Below, piece after piece: positions 25,526 to 31,715 of a stretch of DNA of 32,211 nucleotides. Position numbers and translations under genes: made by a program. Position 1 is the first letter of the stretch. Each line of letters begins with the position of its first letter. The notes under the pieces were generated by a model, which was not told the DNA's origin, searched no databases, and saw nothing but the letters and a program-made list of their open reading frames with translations. The DNA lies in IMG/VR virus record IMGVR_UViG_3300042549_004104, positions 327,353-359,563 of that record; one strand, written 5' to 3'. The stretch is from a virus (taxonomy: Duplodnaviria; Heunggongvirae; Uroviricota; Caudoviricetes).

Positions 25526-25599
25526 TGGAGCGGGTAGCGAGAATCGAACTCGCAAATAATCCTTGGCAAGGATTCAGGTTACCTTTACATCATACCCGC
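25526..25599 (-). tRNA. tRNA-Gly(GCC)
   Basis: Cloverleaf, anticodon GCC, CCA. Confidence 0.92.
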
Positions 25600-25605
25600 T
25601 TATTC

Positions 25606-25680
25606 TGGTACCTGAACACGGTTTCGAACCGCGGACCCTCTCCGTGTAAAGGAGACGCTCTACCCCTGAGCTATCCAGGC
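25606..25680 (-). tRNA. tRNA-Val(TAC)
   Basis: Cloverleaf, anticodon TAC, CCA. Confidence 0.94.
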
Positions 25681-25690
25681 AAATATTCAT

Positions 25691-25855
25691 TTAACCACCC
25701 TGTTCAGAGTCTTTAATCTCTGTGTTAATTTCTTCATTTAACTCTTTTTTTTCTTGTACTTCTTCTTTAATGTCACGTTGAAATATAGCATCCCACCGAT
25801 TATCATATTCAGCTTGTGTTACACTAAATGGTCTTGGTCTACTACCTTTACTCAT
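25691..25855 (-). CDS. Hypothetical protein (54 aa, not in ORF track)
   Basis: Hand-translated MSKGSRPRPFSVTQAEYDNRWDAIF...; AGGA SD. Confidence 0.65.
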   Translation of the reverse strand: MSKGSRPRPFSVTQAEYDNRWDAIFQRDIKEEVQEKKELNEEINTEIKDSEQGG

Positions 25856-25874
25856 AACTTATTCCTAAAAATAA

Positions 25875-26006
25875 TTAACGACCTTGTCCGTGATACGCTT
25901 TAAATGTTTTGCGTCGGGCTTTATTCATGCTACTTGTTTTAGCTTTACCACCTTGGCATGTACGCTTACTAACTACATGACCTTTTGTATTACGACCTTG
26001 TGCCAT
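25875..26006 (-). CDS. Small highly basic protein (43 aa, not in ORF track)
   Basis: Hand-translated MAQGRNTKGHVVSKRTCQGGKAKTSSMNKARRKTFKAYHGQGR; TAATG overlap with ppiC. Confidence 0.65.
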   Translation of the reverse strand: MAQGRNTKGHVVSKRTCQGGKAKTSSMNKARRKTFKAYHGQGR

Positions 26007-26278
26007 TATCCTGTCCTTTGAATCAAATGATAACCAAACTGAGTTTGAACGGGTTGACTTAACCCACCTACTTCTAAATCAAAGGTAGCATCTTCGAATG
26101 GCTTAACCATTTGTCCACGACCAAAAGCTCCTAAGTCACCGCCATTGCGACCACTTGGACACTTGCTGTGTTGCTGTGCCAGTGTACTAAAATCTTCACC
26201 ATTGTTTTTAACTTTGATGTATAGATCCATTGCATCACTAAGTGATTCTACTAAAATATGTTTTGCTCTTACTTGCAT
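26006..26278 (-). CDS. ppiC: Parvulin-type peptidyl-prolyl isomerase
   Basis: RAKHILV, FSTLAQQHSKCPS, GGDLGAFGRGQMVKPFE, QTQFGYHLI. Confidence 0.93.
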   Translation of the reverse strand: MQVRAKHILVESLSDAMDLYIKVKNNGEDFSTLAQQHSKCPSGRNGGDLGAFGRGQMVKPFEDATFDLEVGGLSQPVQTQFGYHLIQRTG

Positions 26279-26296
26279 TATTTTCCTTTAAATTTT

Positions 26297-26373
26297 TGGT
26301 CGGAGTACAAGGATTCGAACCTTGGACCCCCTGGTCCCAAACCAGGTGCGCTACCAGACTGCGCTACACTCCG
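26297..26373 (-). tRNA. tRNA-Pro(TGG)
   Basis: Cloverleaf, anticodon TGG, CCA. Confidence 0.95.
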
Positions 26374-26612
26374 ATATTTCTCTTCCTTAAAATCATTCCG
26401 ACATATGTGCCACAAAATGCACCTAAGCCTGCTGGAATAAGTAACCAATAGTTCGTAGTGTAATTTATAACTGCTACACAAGCAGTTACAAATACAACTG
26501 TTGCCCATATACTAGCTTTCATTACTCGGTCATCTTGTATAGCTTTCAAGTAGTAAGTATAACAGATATCAGTAAAAAATACAGCAAAAAAGGTTATAAT
26601 ATATTCTAACAT
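26364..26612 (-). CDS. Small membrane protein
   Basis: Three hydrophobic segments; last 10 nt overlap the tRNA-Pro 5' end. Confidence 0.7.
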   Translation of the reverse strand: MLEYIITFFAVFFTDICYTYYLKAIQDDRVMKASIWATVVFVTACVAVINYTTNYWLLIPAGLGAFCGTYVGMILRKRNIGV

Positions 26613-26621
26613 TTAAATGAT

Positions 26622-26696
26622 TGGTTGCAGGGGACGGAATCGCACCGCCGATCTCTAGCTTATGAGACTAGTGAGATACTACTTCTCCACCCCGCG
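26622..26696 (-). tRNA. tRNA-Met(CAT), initiator-like and atypical
   Basis: C1:A72 mismatch, anticodon CAT; lacks the three consecutive G-C anticodon-stem pairs; T-loop TGCGATT. Confidence 0.8.
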
Positions 26697-26714
26697 ATAT
26701 ATTTATTATGTTCG

Positions 26715-26789
26715 TGGTACTCGCTAAAAGATTTGAACTTTTGACCTCTACTATGTCACAGTAGCGTTCTTCCCCTGAACTAAACGAGT
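26715..26789 (-). tRNA. tRNA-Val(GAC)
   Basis: Cloverleaf, loop GT-GAC-AT, CCA. Confidence 0.85.
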
Positions 26790-26792
26790 TTA

Positions 26793-26963
26793 TTAGGTTT
26801 TGCGAAACTCTACTTTCATTCCCTGAGCAATATTGAATGAATTTAGTAAGCCGGCTTCTTTGTCAAGATTGATTTGCTTAAAGAACAAGGCAGGCTCATA
26901 TTTGTCGCTGTCTACTGTTACCGTTTTGTATAATTTATCGTTGATAAAAATTTTAATTTGCAT
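26793..26963 (-). CDS. Hypothetical protein (start MQIK)
   Basis: 56 aa; late-like GATAAATA at 26972-26979. Confidence 0.6.
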   Translation of the reverse strand: MQIKIFINDKLYKTVTVDSDKYEPALFFKQINLDKEAGLLNSFNIAQGMKVEFRKT

Positions 26964-26982
26964 AGTAACAGTATTTATCATT

Positions 26983-27059
26983 TGGTGCCCAAGGAGAGAC
27001 TCGAACTCTCAAAATACGGCTTCTAAGACCGGCATGTATACCAATTCCATCACCTGGGC
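26983..27059 (-). tRNA. tRNA-Leu(TAG) with short variable loop
   Basis: Anticodon TAG, 77 nt, 5-nt variable region, CCA. Confidence 0.82.
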
Positions 27060-27064
27060 ATATC

Positions 27065-27151
27065 TGGTGCGAGTACCCGGAGTCGAACCGGGATGACCTT
27101 GCGGCCGACAGATTTTAAGTCTGTTGCGTCTACCTATTCCGCCATACTCGC
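27065..27151 (-). tRNA. tRNA-Leu(TAA)
   Basis: Cloverleaf with long variable arm, CCA. Confidence 0.94.
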
Positions 27152-27158
27152 AAAACTT

Positions 27159-27232
27159 TGGAGCGGGGTAAGAGAATCGAACTCTCAGCATTAGCTTGGA
27201 AGGCTAAGGTATTACCACTATACGAACCCCGC
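27159..27232 (-). tRNA. tRNA-Gly(TCC)
   Basis: Cloverleaf, anticodon TCC, CCA. Confidence 0.94.
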
Positions 27233-27244
27233 ATAAATATCTTT

Positions 27245-27409
27245 ATGCACACATACGATGCTATCACTGATTCAGGATTATATATCCATCTGTCAATGAG
27301 TAACGATTCCACTTGTTACATCATAGTGCATAATATTTACTCTCATAAAACTAGAATGAAATTCTTTACTGATACTGAATCAGCAATTTACTTCATCCAT
27401 TCACTATAA
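27245..27409 (+). CDS. Hypothetical protein, counter-oriented (start MHTY)
   Basis: 54 aa; late-like CATAAATA at 27232-27239; ATG inside the hairpin gcataaa-tatc-tttatgc. Confidence 0.55.
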   Translation: MHTYDAITDSGLYIHLSMSNDSTCYIIVHNIYSHKTRMKFFTDTESAIYFIHSL

Positions 27410-27820
27410 CTCAACTTCACACCAATTACTGTCACCCATAAGTTGAACAGCAGTTGTAAATTTATGATGTATACCTAGTGCTGACCAACTGTTAGGATGA
27501 TTCATTGAAACCCAATGAACGTTCTTAATTGTGTCTAAGTATACATAATAAATCTTACCATGTACAGGCTTAAAGGTAATACTGATATTATGCATCATGT
27601 CACTTACTTTCATTCTATTAGCCAGATTTTCAGCCTGACGTTTTAGAACTTCAACTTGTTCCATGATTCTATCATACTCTTGTTGAGCATGAAGTCTACC
27701 AGCATTATATATTATGTCCTTTTCTCTATAAACATCGACAGGGGCAAAAGCAGGACTACCTAACTCCATTGGATAAGGTAAACTGCTACGCTTGTCAGCA
27801 TCTTCTTTTGATAAGTCCAT
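27404..27820 (-). CDS. DUF2452-like protein (start MDLSKE)
   Basis: LPYPMELGSPAF, QEYDRIMEQVEVL..QA, FKPVHGKIYYVY pattern. Confidence 0.65.
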   Translation of the reverse strand: MDLSKEDADKRSSLPYPMELGSPAFAPVDVYREKDIIYNAGRLHAQQEYDRIMEQVEVLKRQAENLANRMKVSDMMHNISITFKPVHGKIYYVYLDTIKNVHWVSMNHPNSWSALGIHHKFTTAVQLMGDSNWCEVEL

Positions 27821-27831
27821 AATATAAAATT

Positions 27832-27908
27832 TGGTGCGCTCAGAGGGACTCGAACCCCCGGCCAAGAAATTATGAGTTTCCTGCTCTAACCAACTGAGCT
27901 ATAAGCGC
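27832..27908 (-). tRNA. tRNA with CAT anticodon, probably Ile2 (lysidine type)
   Basis: Cloverleaf; GAGCAGG..CTCATAA..TTGG resembles Ile2 more than elongator Met. Confidence 0.85.
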
Positions 27909-27919
27909 AACATGATACT

Positions 27920-27948
27920 ATTATATATGAGTTGCTAGTTGTTGTCAA
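27920..27948 (-). promoter_or_regulatory. Sigma70-type promoter
   Basis: TTGACA-17-TATAAT, 11 nt upstream of the tRNA. Confidence 0.85.
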
Positions 27949-28670
27949 CTATTCTGGCTATCTTCTATCTTTTTAAGATAAGTTTTATAGCTATCTAATA
28001 CTACTTTATTAAAATTTTTATTGGGTTTACCATGACTAATTATATGAATTCTAGGTATGTCACTATTATTTGTTACACTATGTATATGACTTAAATTCAT
28101 TAAAAAAGCACTACCTTCATCCTTAAATGGAACTATTCCAACATCTTCCATTTTAAACTCACATCCAATTGGATTATTTAATGATATATTAATTGGTCCT
28201 AGTATACTAAAAGGTATATCATTATGGGGTTGTATGTATCCTTTTGGGTCTAACCACATAAACCTTAATCTTTGATAATCTGTTTGTGGGAAATATTCTT
28301 TAAAATATCTAACAGTTTCAGGGCATCTTTCTATGATTTCAGGAATCCATTTATAGTCAACTTCGGATTCATGCTTGCCTTTATTGTCATCATATTCATT
28401 ATAATTTTCTGTTCTGTGTAATGACTCTCCGTGAATACAAACACTTTTCCAACCTTTATGTCCATAATCTCCTTTATTGGAAATTTCTTTCTCATGTAAC
28501 TCATCTTTATCTCTGTGATGAACAAACAGGTCTTTTACAGCCAATGCTTCATTTAACATAACTTGATATGGACAATCTGGAAGTATTATTTCAAAATAAG
28601 GTAGTTCACTTTTCCAAAGTATCCAATAAACAAATTCTTCATCAGTTAAAGAGTTTTTTCTTGTAATCAT
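27945..28670 (-). CDS. Aspartyl/asparaginyl beta-hydroxylase-family 2OG-Fe(II) oxygenase
   Basis: GWKSVCIHG, RLRFMWLDPKGYIQPHND (HxD), HSVTNNSDIPRIHII. Confidence 0.8.
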   Translation of the reverse strand: MITRKNSLTDEEFVYWILWKSELPYFEIILPDCPYQVMLNEALAVKDLFVHHRDKDELHEKEISNKGDYGHKGWKSVCIHGESLHRTENYNEYDDNKGKHESEVDYKWIPEIIERCPETVRYFKEYFPQTDYQRLRFMWLDPKGYIQPHNDIPFSILGPINISLNNPIGCEFKMEDVGIVPFKDEGSAFLMNLSHIHSVTNNSDIPRIHIISHGKPNKNFNKVVLDSYKTYLKKIEDSQNS

Positions 28671-30052
28671 TGTTTTTCCCCTAACAGTAAATTAAATTTA
28701 CCAAATGTATCAAATCCACATATTTGTAAATTATTATTGTTTTTGTATAAACCATCAATAAAAGTGTTATACAATTTTTCAACATTGTCAGGATGATAAT
28801 ACCTTACAGTCATATTGGTATAAAAAATATTACTGATCCATATTAAATTATTTCCATTGTGTTGATTCATAATTTCGTACAACAGAGTAGGATCTTTAAT
28901 AGTGTCACACTGAATAAATTTATGATCTAATTTTTTATATCTATTCCAAAAATCTAACCATTTTGATAAACCACCAAAATGTTCTATTATTTTTTCCCAT
29001 TCATTTTGCCAAAGAACATGATTATTATGAAACCACGTAGGTAAAAACTCATTGTTTATGTTATTCTTGTAGTGCTCTATCACATTTATATAATCAACTC
29101 CATCCCAATTTTCTAAAAGATATTTTTTAAAATTCAAGGAATGTATATTAATATCAAAATATACAAATGTAGTTTGATTATTCCAATTACATTTGTCTAA
29201 TAGAATTAGAGGCATAAATCCTGCCGCTACGCAATATATACTGTCTAGTAGTGTTTCTTTGTTGTAATCTAATTCTAATATATCAGGACAAGTGTTAAAG
29301 ACAAATACATCTTTATCAAAGTTTGATATGTTTGTTTTTTCAATATATTCTCGTTGATTTACTTCAACTGGTAAACCAGTGTCATCCCCATTTAATACTT
29401 TTTCTAGGTCATTGCGTAATTCAGGATAAAGATTACTTATATTATTTCTTATCTCGGAAGAAAAATTTCCTATAATCTTGTTATGTTCTATAAAAGTTTT
29501 AACTAAACCCCATCCATTATGCAATAGACCTGTGTAATTTCTTACACCTTCAGTCCTTTTAATATATTTTGGGGTATAATCACCGTGTGCGTTTTCATTA
29601 CTTCTTACAATGCACGGTAACTCTAATTCTACAACGCTTGCCCCTAAATTAAATTTAGGTTTATTGACTTCAATATAGTCTTTTATATTGATAAGCATAC
29701 ACTGAGTATGTAAATAGTAAAATCCTTTATTTATAGGATAGTCATCTATTATGTGACCAACTATGCTATAATTGTTATTTTTTGCATGTTCTATAATTTT
29801 TGATAATATTTCTGGATCAGTTGCTGTATGTCCGTAATTAATAATATATGCGTAATCAGAGTTTTGTTCTACGGCTTTTTCTAAAATATAATTTATATCA
29901 TTATGGTCAACAAAAAAAATTTCAGTATTGCTATTATTAATTATTTTTGCCCGATCAATATTGTTGTAAAAATTTGTAATCGCTTTAATATGTGTTTGAT
30001 ACTGTAAACTTCTATCTGAAATTTGATTATACAATCCAAATGTTATTTTCAT
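28667..30052 (-). CDS. Hypothetical protein (461 aa, AT-rich; possible transferase)
   Basis: Long ORF coupled to the hydroxylase by an ATGA overlap; no motif recognised with confidence. Confidence 0.7.
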   Translation of the reverse strand: MKITFGLYNQISDRSLQYQTHIKAITNFYNNIDRAKIINNSNTEIFFVDHNDINYILEKAVEQNSDYAYIINYGHTATDPEILSKIIEHAKNNNYSIVGHIIDDYPINKGFYYLHTQCMLINIKDYIEVNKPKFNLGASVVELELPCIVRSNENAHGDYTPKYIKRTEGVRNYTGLLHNGWGLVKTFIEHNKIIGNFSSEIRNNISNLYPELRNDLEKVLNGDDTGLPVEVNQREYIEKTNISNFDKDVFVFNTCPDILELDYNKETLLDSIYCVAAGFMPLILLDKCNWNNQTTFVYFDINIHSLNFKKYLLENWDGVDYINVIEHYKNNINNEFLPTWFHNNHVLWQNEWEKIIEHFGGLSKWLDFWNRYKKLDHKFIQCDTIKDPTLLYEIMNQHNGNNLIWISNIFYTNMTVRYYHPDNVEKLYNTFIDGLYKNNNNLQICGFDTFGKFNLLLGEKQ

Positions 30053-30055
30053 AAT

Positions 30056-30075
30056 ATACCTTTAAGGTATTTATA
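30056..30075 (-). promoter_or_regulatory. Late promoter TATAAATA overlapping an RBS hairpin
   Basis: Perfect TATAAATA (30068-30075); ATACCT-TAA-AGGTAT covers the AGG SD. Confidence 0.65.
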
Positions 30076-30103
30076 GGAAAAATAACATATAGATTTTTTA
30101 TTA

Positions 30104-30195
30104 TGGTACCCCCGGCGAGAATCGAACTCACATGAACCAATTATCTGTTGCTTACGGGATATAAATCCGCCGTTTTACCGTTAAACTACAGGGGC
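30104..30195 (-). tRNA. Atypical tRNA-like RNA, apparent anticodon TAT, 22-nt variable arm
   Basis: Acceptor, D and T arms and CCA intact; A31:C39 mismatch; long extra arm containing AAGCAACAG. Confidence 0.65.
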
Positions 30196-30203
30196 ATATA
30201 AAA

Positions 30204-30260
30204 CAGGATGCTTATTTTTCAATTAAAAGTTGAATTTTTTGAGTTGCTGGACGCATCCTA
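30204..30260 (-). ncRNA. CAGCAA closing-stem element 4 (57 nt)
   Basis: TAGGATGC-GTC-CAGCAAC...GCATCCTG; same stem as element 1, inner TTCAA/TTGAA hairpin. Confidence 0.65.
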
Positions 30261-30265
30261 AAATC

Positions 30266-30273
30266 TATAAATA
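30266..30273 (+). promoter_or_regulatory. T4-type late promoter
   Basis: Perfect TATAAATA, 4 nt before an ATG. Confidence 0.6.
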
Positions 30274-30277
30274 CTAC

Positions 30278-30487
30278 ATGATTCCCTATTCAGCACAACC
30301 TAAAGTTGACGCCTTGTATAAGGCTTTTAGCAACGTGCCATATAGAGAAACTAAGTCACACGTACTTCCAAGTAGTAAATTTGAACTAGATCCATTGTTT
30401 CAAAGTGTGAAACAAGAATTTATTAATGAGTACATTGTAGAAGAAAAGCCCTTCATTCTATCAGGACCTGAATTCAACAATCTTTGA
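30278..30487 (+). CDS. Hypothetical protein, counter-oriented (start MIPY)
   Basis: 69 aa filling the gap between element 4 and tRNA-Trp. Confidence 0.55.
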   Translation: MIPYSAQPKVDALYKAFSNVPYRETKSHVLPSSKFELDPLFQSVKQEFINEYIVEEKPFILSGPEFNNL

Positions 30488-30488
30488 T

Positions 30489-30562
30489 TGGCGTCCCACC
30501 AGGGACTCGAACCCCGACCAACGGTTTTGGAGACCGCTATGCTGCCATTACACCAGCGAGAC
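30489..30562 (-). tRNA. tRNA-Trp(CCA)
   Basis: Cloverleaf, anticodon CCA, 3' CCA. Confidence 0.93.
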
Positions 30563-30571
30563 ATTATTGAA

Positions 30572-30788
30572 TTTGTAAGTAGTTGCCCCATCGTTATAGC
30601 AACCATTCACCCGTGTAATAAAGCCGGCCGGGACTCGGTACGTCACTTGGGATACTAGTCCAGTATAGTCTCCTTTACAGACCCCTGCAGTTCCCCGCAG
30701 GGTGGGAGTTGAACCCATTAACCTTTTACTGCTTTGGTCCTTCGAAGAAACCTAGACAGCGTGACATTCTCTTGCTGACACTTACAAA
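30572..30788 (-). ncRNA. CAGCAA closing-stem element 5 (217 nt) with T-loop-like arm
   Basis: TTTGTAAGT-GT-CAGCAAG...ACTTACAAA 9-bp stem; inner TGGG-TTCAACT-CCCA, GNRA-capped 7-bp hairpin, GTCAC/GTGAC pairing. Confidence 0.6.
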
Positions 30789-30791
30789 ACT

Positions 30792-30867
30792 TGGCGGTCC
30801 TAGGGGGTAACGATCCCCACTCTTACGGCGTGACAGGCATGTGTGCGTCCGTGAACACCTTGAGACC
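30792..30867 (-). tRNA. Degenerate/atypical tRNA-Asp(GTC)
   Basis: Anticodon GTC and CCA present; anticodon stem CATGC/GCCGT has only 2 pairs; T-loop ATCGTTA. Confidence 0.6.
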
Positions 30868-30876
30868 TAAATTAAT

Positions 30877-30927
30877 CAAGAGCTTGTAGACTAAACTACA
30901 ATTTACCGGTTTCTAGACGAACTCTTA
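30877..30927 (-). other. Spacer stem-loop element
   Basis: TAAGAGTT/AGCTCTTG closing stem with inner TGTAG/CTACA hairpin. Confidence 0.35.
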
Positions 30928-30931
30928 AACT

Positions 30932-31018
30932 TGGTGGAGACGACTGGAGTCGAACCAGTAGTGCCTTTCGGGCGGCGGATTTACAGTCCACTGGGGTTAC
31001 CAATTTTCCTACATCTCC
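30932..31018 (-). tRNA. tRNA-Tyr(GTA)
   Basis: Cloverleaf with long variable arm, CCA. Confidence 0.94.
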
Positions 31019-31028
31019 AAAATCTTTT

Positions 31029-31114
31029 TACCATATAGAAACACACTGGCTGTTGCTTGTCATTGTCTTTAACTACCTCTCGGTGGCGGTAGACCAGTAT
31101 GTTTTTATATGGTA
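31029..31114 (-). ncRNA. 21-bp stem element that pairs with the tRNA-Lys 3' end
   Basis: TACCATATAAAAACATACTGG / CCAGTGTGTTTCTATATGGTA (1 mismatch, 1 G-U); inner CTACC/GGTAG hairpin. Confidence 0.5.
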
Positions 31115-31183
31115 GGGGCACAGAGAATCGAACTCTGATTGACCGGTTAAAAGCCGGATATTCTACCTTTGAATTATACCCCC
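31110..31183 (-). tRNA. tRNA-Lys(TTT)
   Basis: Cloverleaf, anticodon TTT, CCA. Confidence 0.92.
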
Positions 31184-31186
31184 ATA

Positions 31187-31261
31187 TGGTCCCTCCACTC
31201 AGATTTGAACTGAGACTTCTCGGATTAAGAGTCCGGTATGCTACCGTAACATCTTGAAGGG
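31187..31261 (-). tRNA. tRNA-Lys(CTT)
   Basis: Cloverleaf, anticodon CTT, CCA. Confidence 0.9.
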
Positions 31262-31267
31262 ATGGAT

Positions 31268-31357
31268 CGTAAATATTTTCTTTTACGTGCCATCCAGGAC
31301 CATACGGGGGTCTAGGATGACACTATCGTTTCATTGAACGTTTCATGTCATTTCCTT
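31268..31357 (-). promoter_or_regulatory. Mini-ORF MKRSMKR* (31323-31346) with SD and downstream hairpins
   Basis: AAGGA-6nt-ATG; stop abuts the GTGTCATCC/GGATGGCAC hairpin (31287-31323), followed by the CGTAAA/TTTACG hairpin. Confidence 0.45.
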
Positions 31358-31370
31358 TGGTTAAAAAACT

Positions 31371-31448
31371 TGGAGTATCGGGTCAGATTTGAACTGACGG
31401 TTTTTCGGATTTGCAATCCGATGCAATGGGCCGCTCTGCCACCGATAC
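31371..31448 (-). tRNA. tRNA-Cys(GCA)
   Basis: Cloverleaf, anticodon GCA, CCA. Confidence 0.9.
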
Positions 31449-31456
31449 ATAATACT

Positions 31457-31548
31457 TGGCGTTGAGTGTGGGATTTGAACCCACGGCCCATATTACTACA
31501 GGCGACACCTTAGCAGGGTGTTGATTTAAGCCACTCATCCAACTCAAC
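31457..31548 (-). tRNA. tRNA-Ser(GCT)
   Basis: Cloverleaf with long variable arm, CCA. Confidence 0.92.
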
Positions 31549-31555
31549 ATAAATT

Positions 31556-31634
31556 TGGCGCACCGCACGGGATTCGAACCCGTGATCTCCGCCGTGACAG
31601 GGCGGCGCCTTAGGCCAGACTGAGCTAGCGGTGC
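31556..31634 (-). tRNA. tRNA-Asp(GTC)
   Basis: Canonical cloverleaf, CCA. Confidence 0.95.
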
Positions 31635-31639
31635 AATAA

Positions 31640-31714
31640 TGGTACTCGGCAGGGGAATCGAACCCCTCTTACATACGTGAAAGGCATGTGTCCTAACCGA
31701 TAGACGAGCCGAGC
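31640..31714 (-). tRNA. tRNA-Glu(TTC)
   Basis: Cloverleaf, anticodon TTC, CCA. Confidence 0.94.
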
Positions 31715-31715
31715 A

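Noticed and set aside
25525-27312. Track ORFs overlapping tRNA genes (25525-25716, 26242-26451, 26258-26440, 26278-26508, 26833-27096, 27009-27191, 27130-27312) and 30400-30606
   Set aside because: They translate tRNA sequence (e.g. GFEP, RRDSNS); no SD or protein-like features.
30104-30195. Ochre/amber suppressor reading of the odd tRNA and genetic-code reassignment
   Set aside because: Standard numbering gives UAU; a UUA reading needs a shifted loop. Genes translate intact under the standard code. TAG readthrough of the MKRSMKR mini-ORF would run into tRNA sequence.
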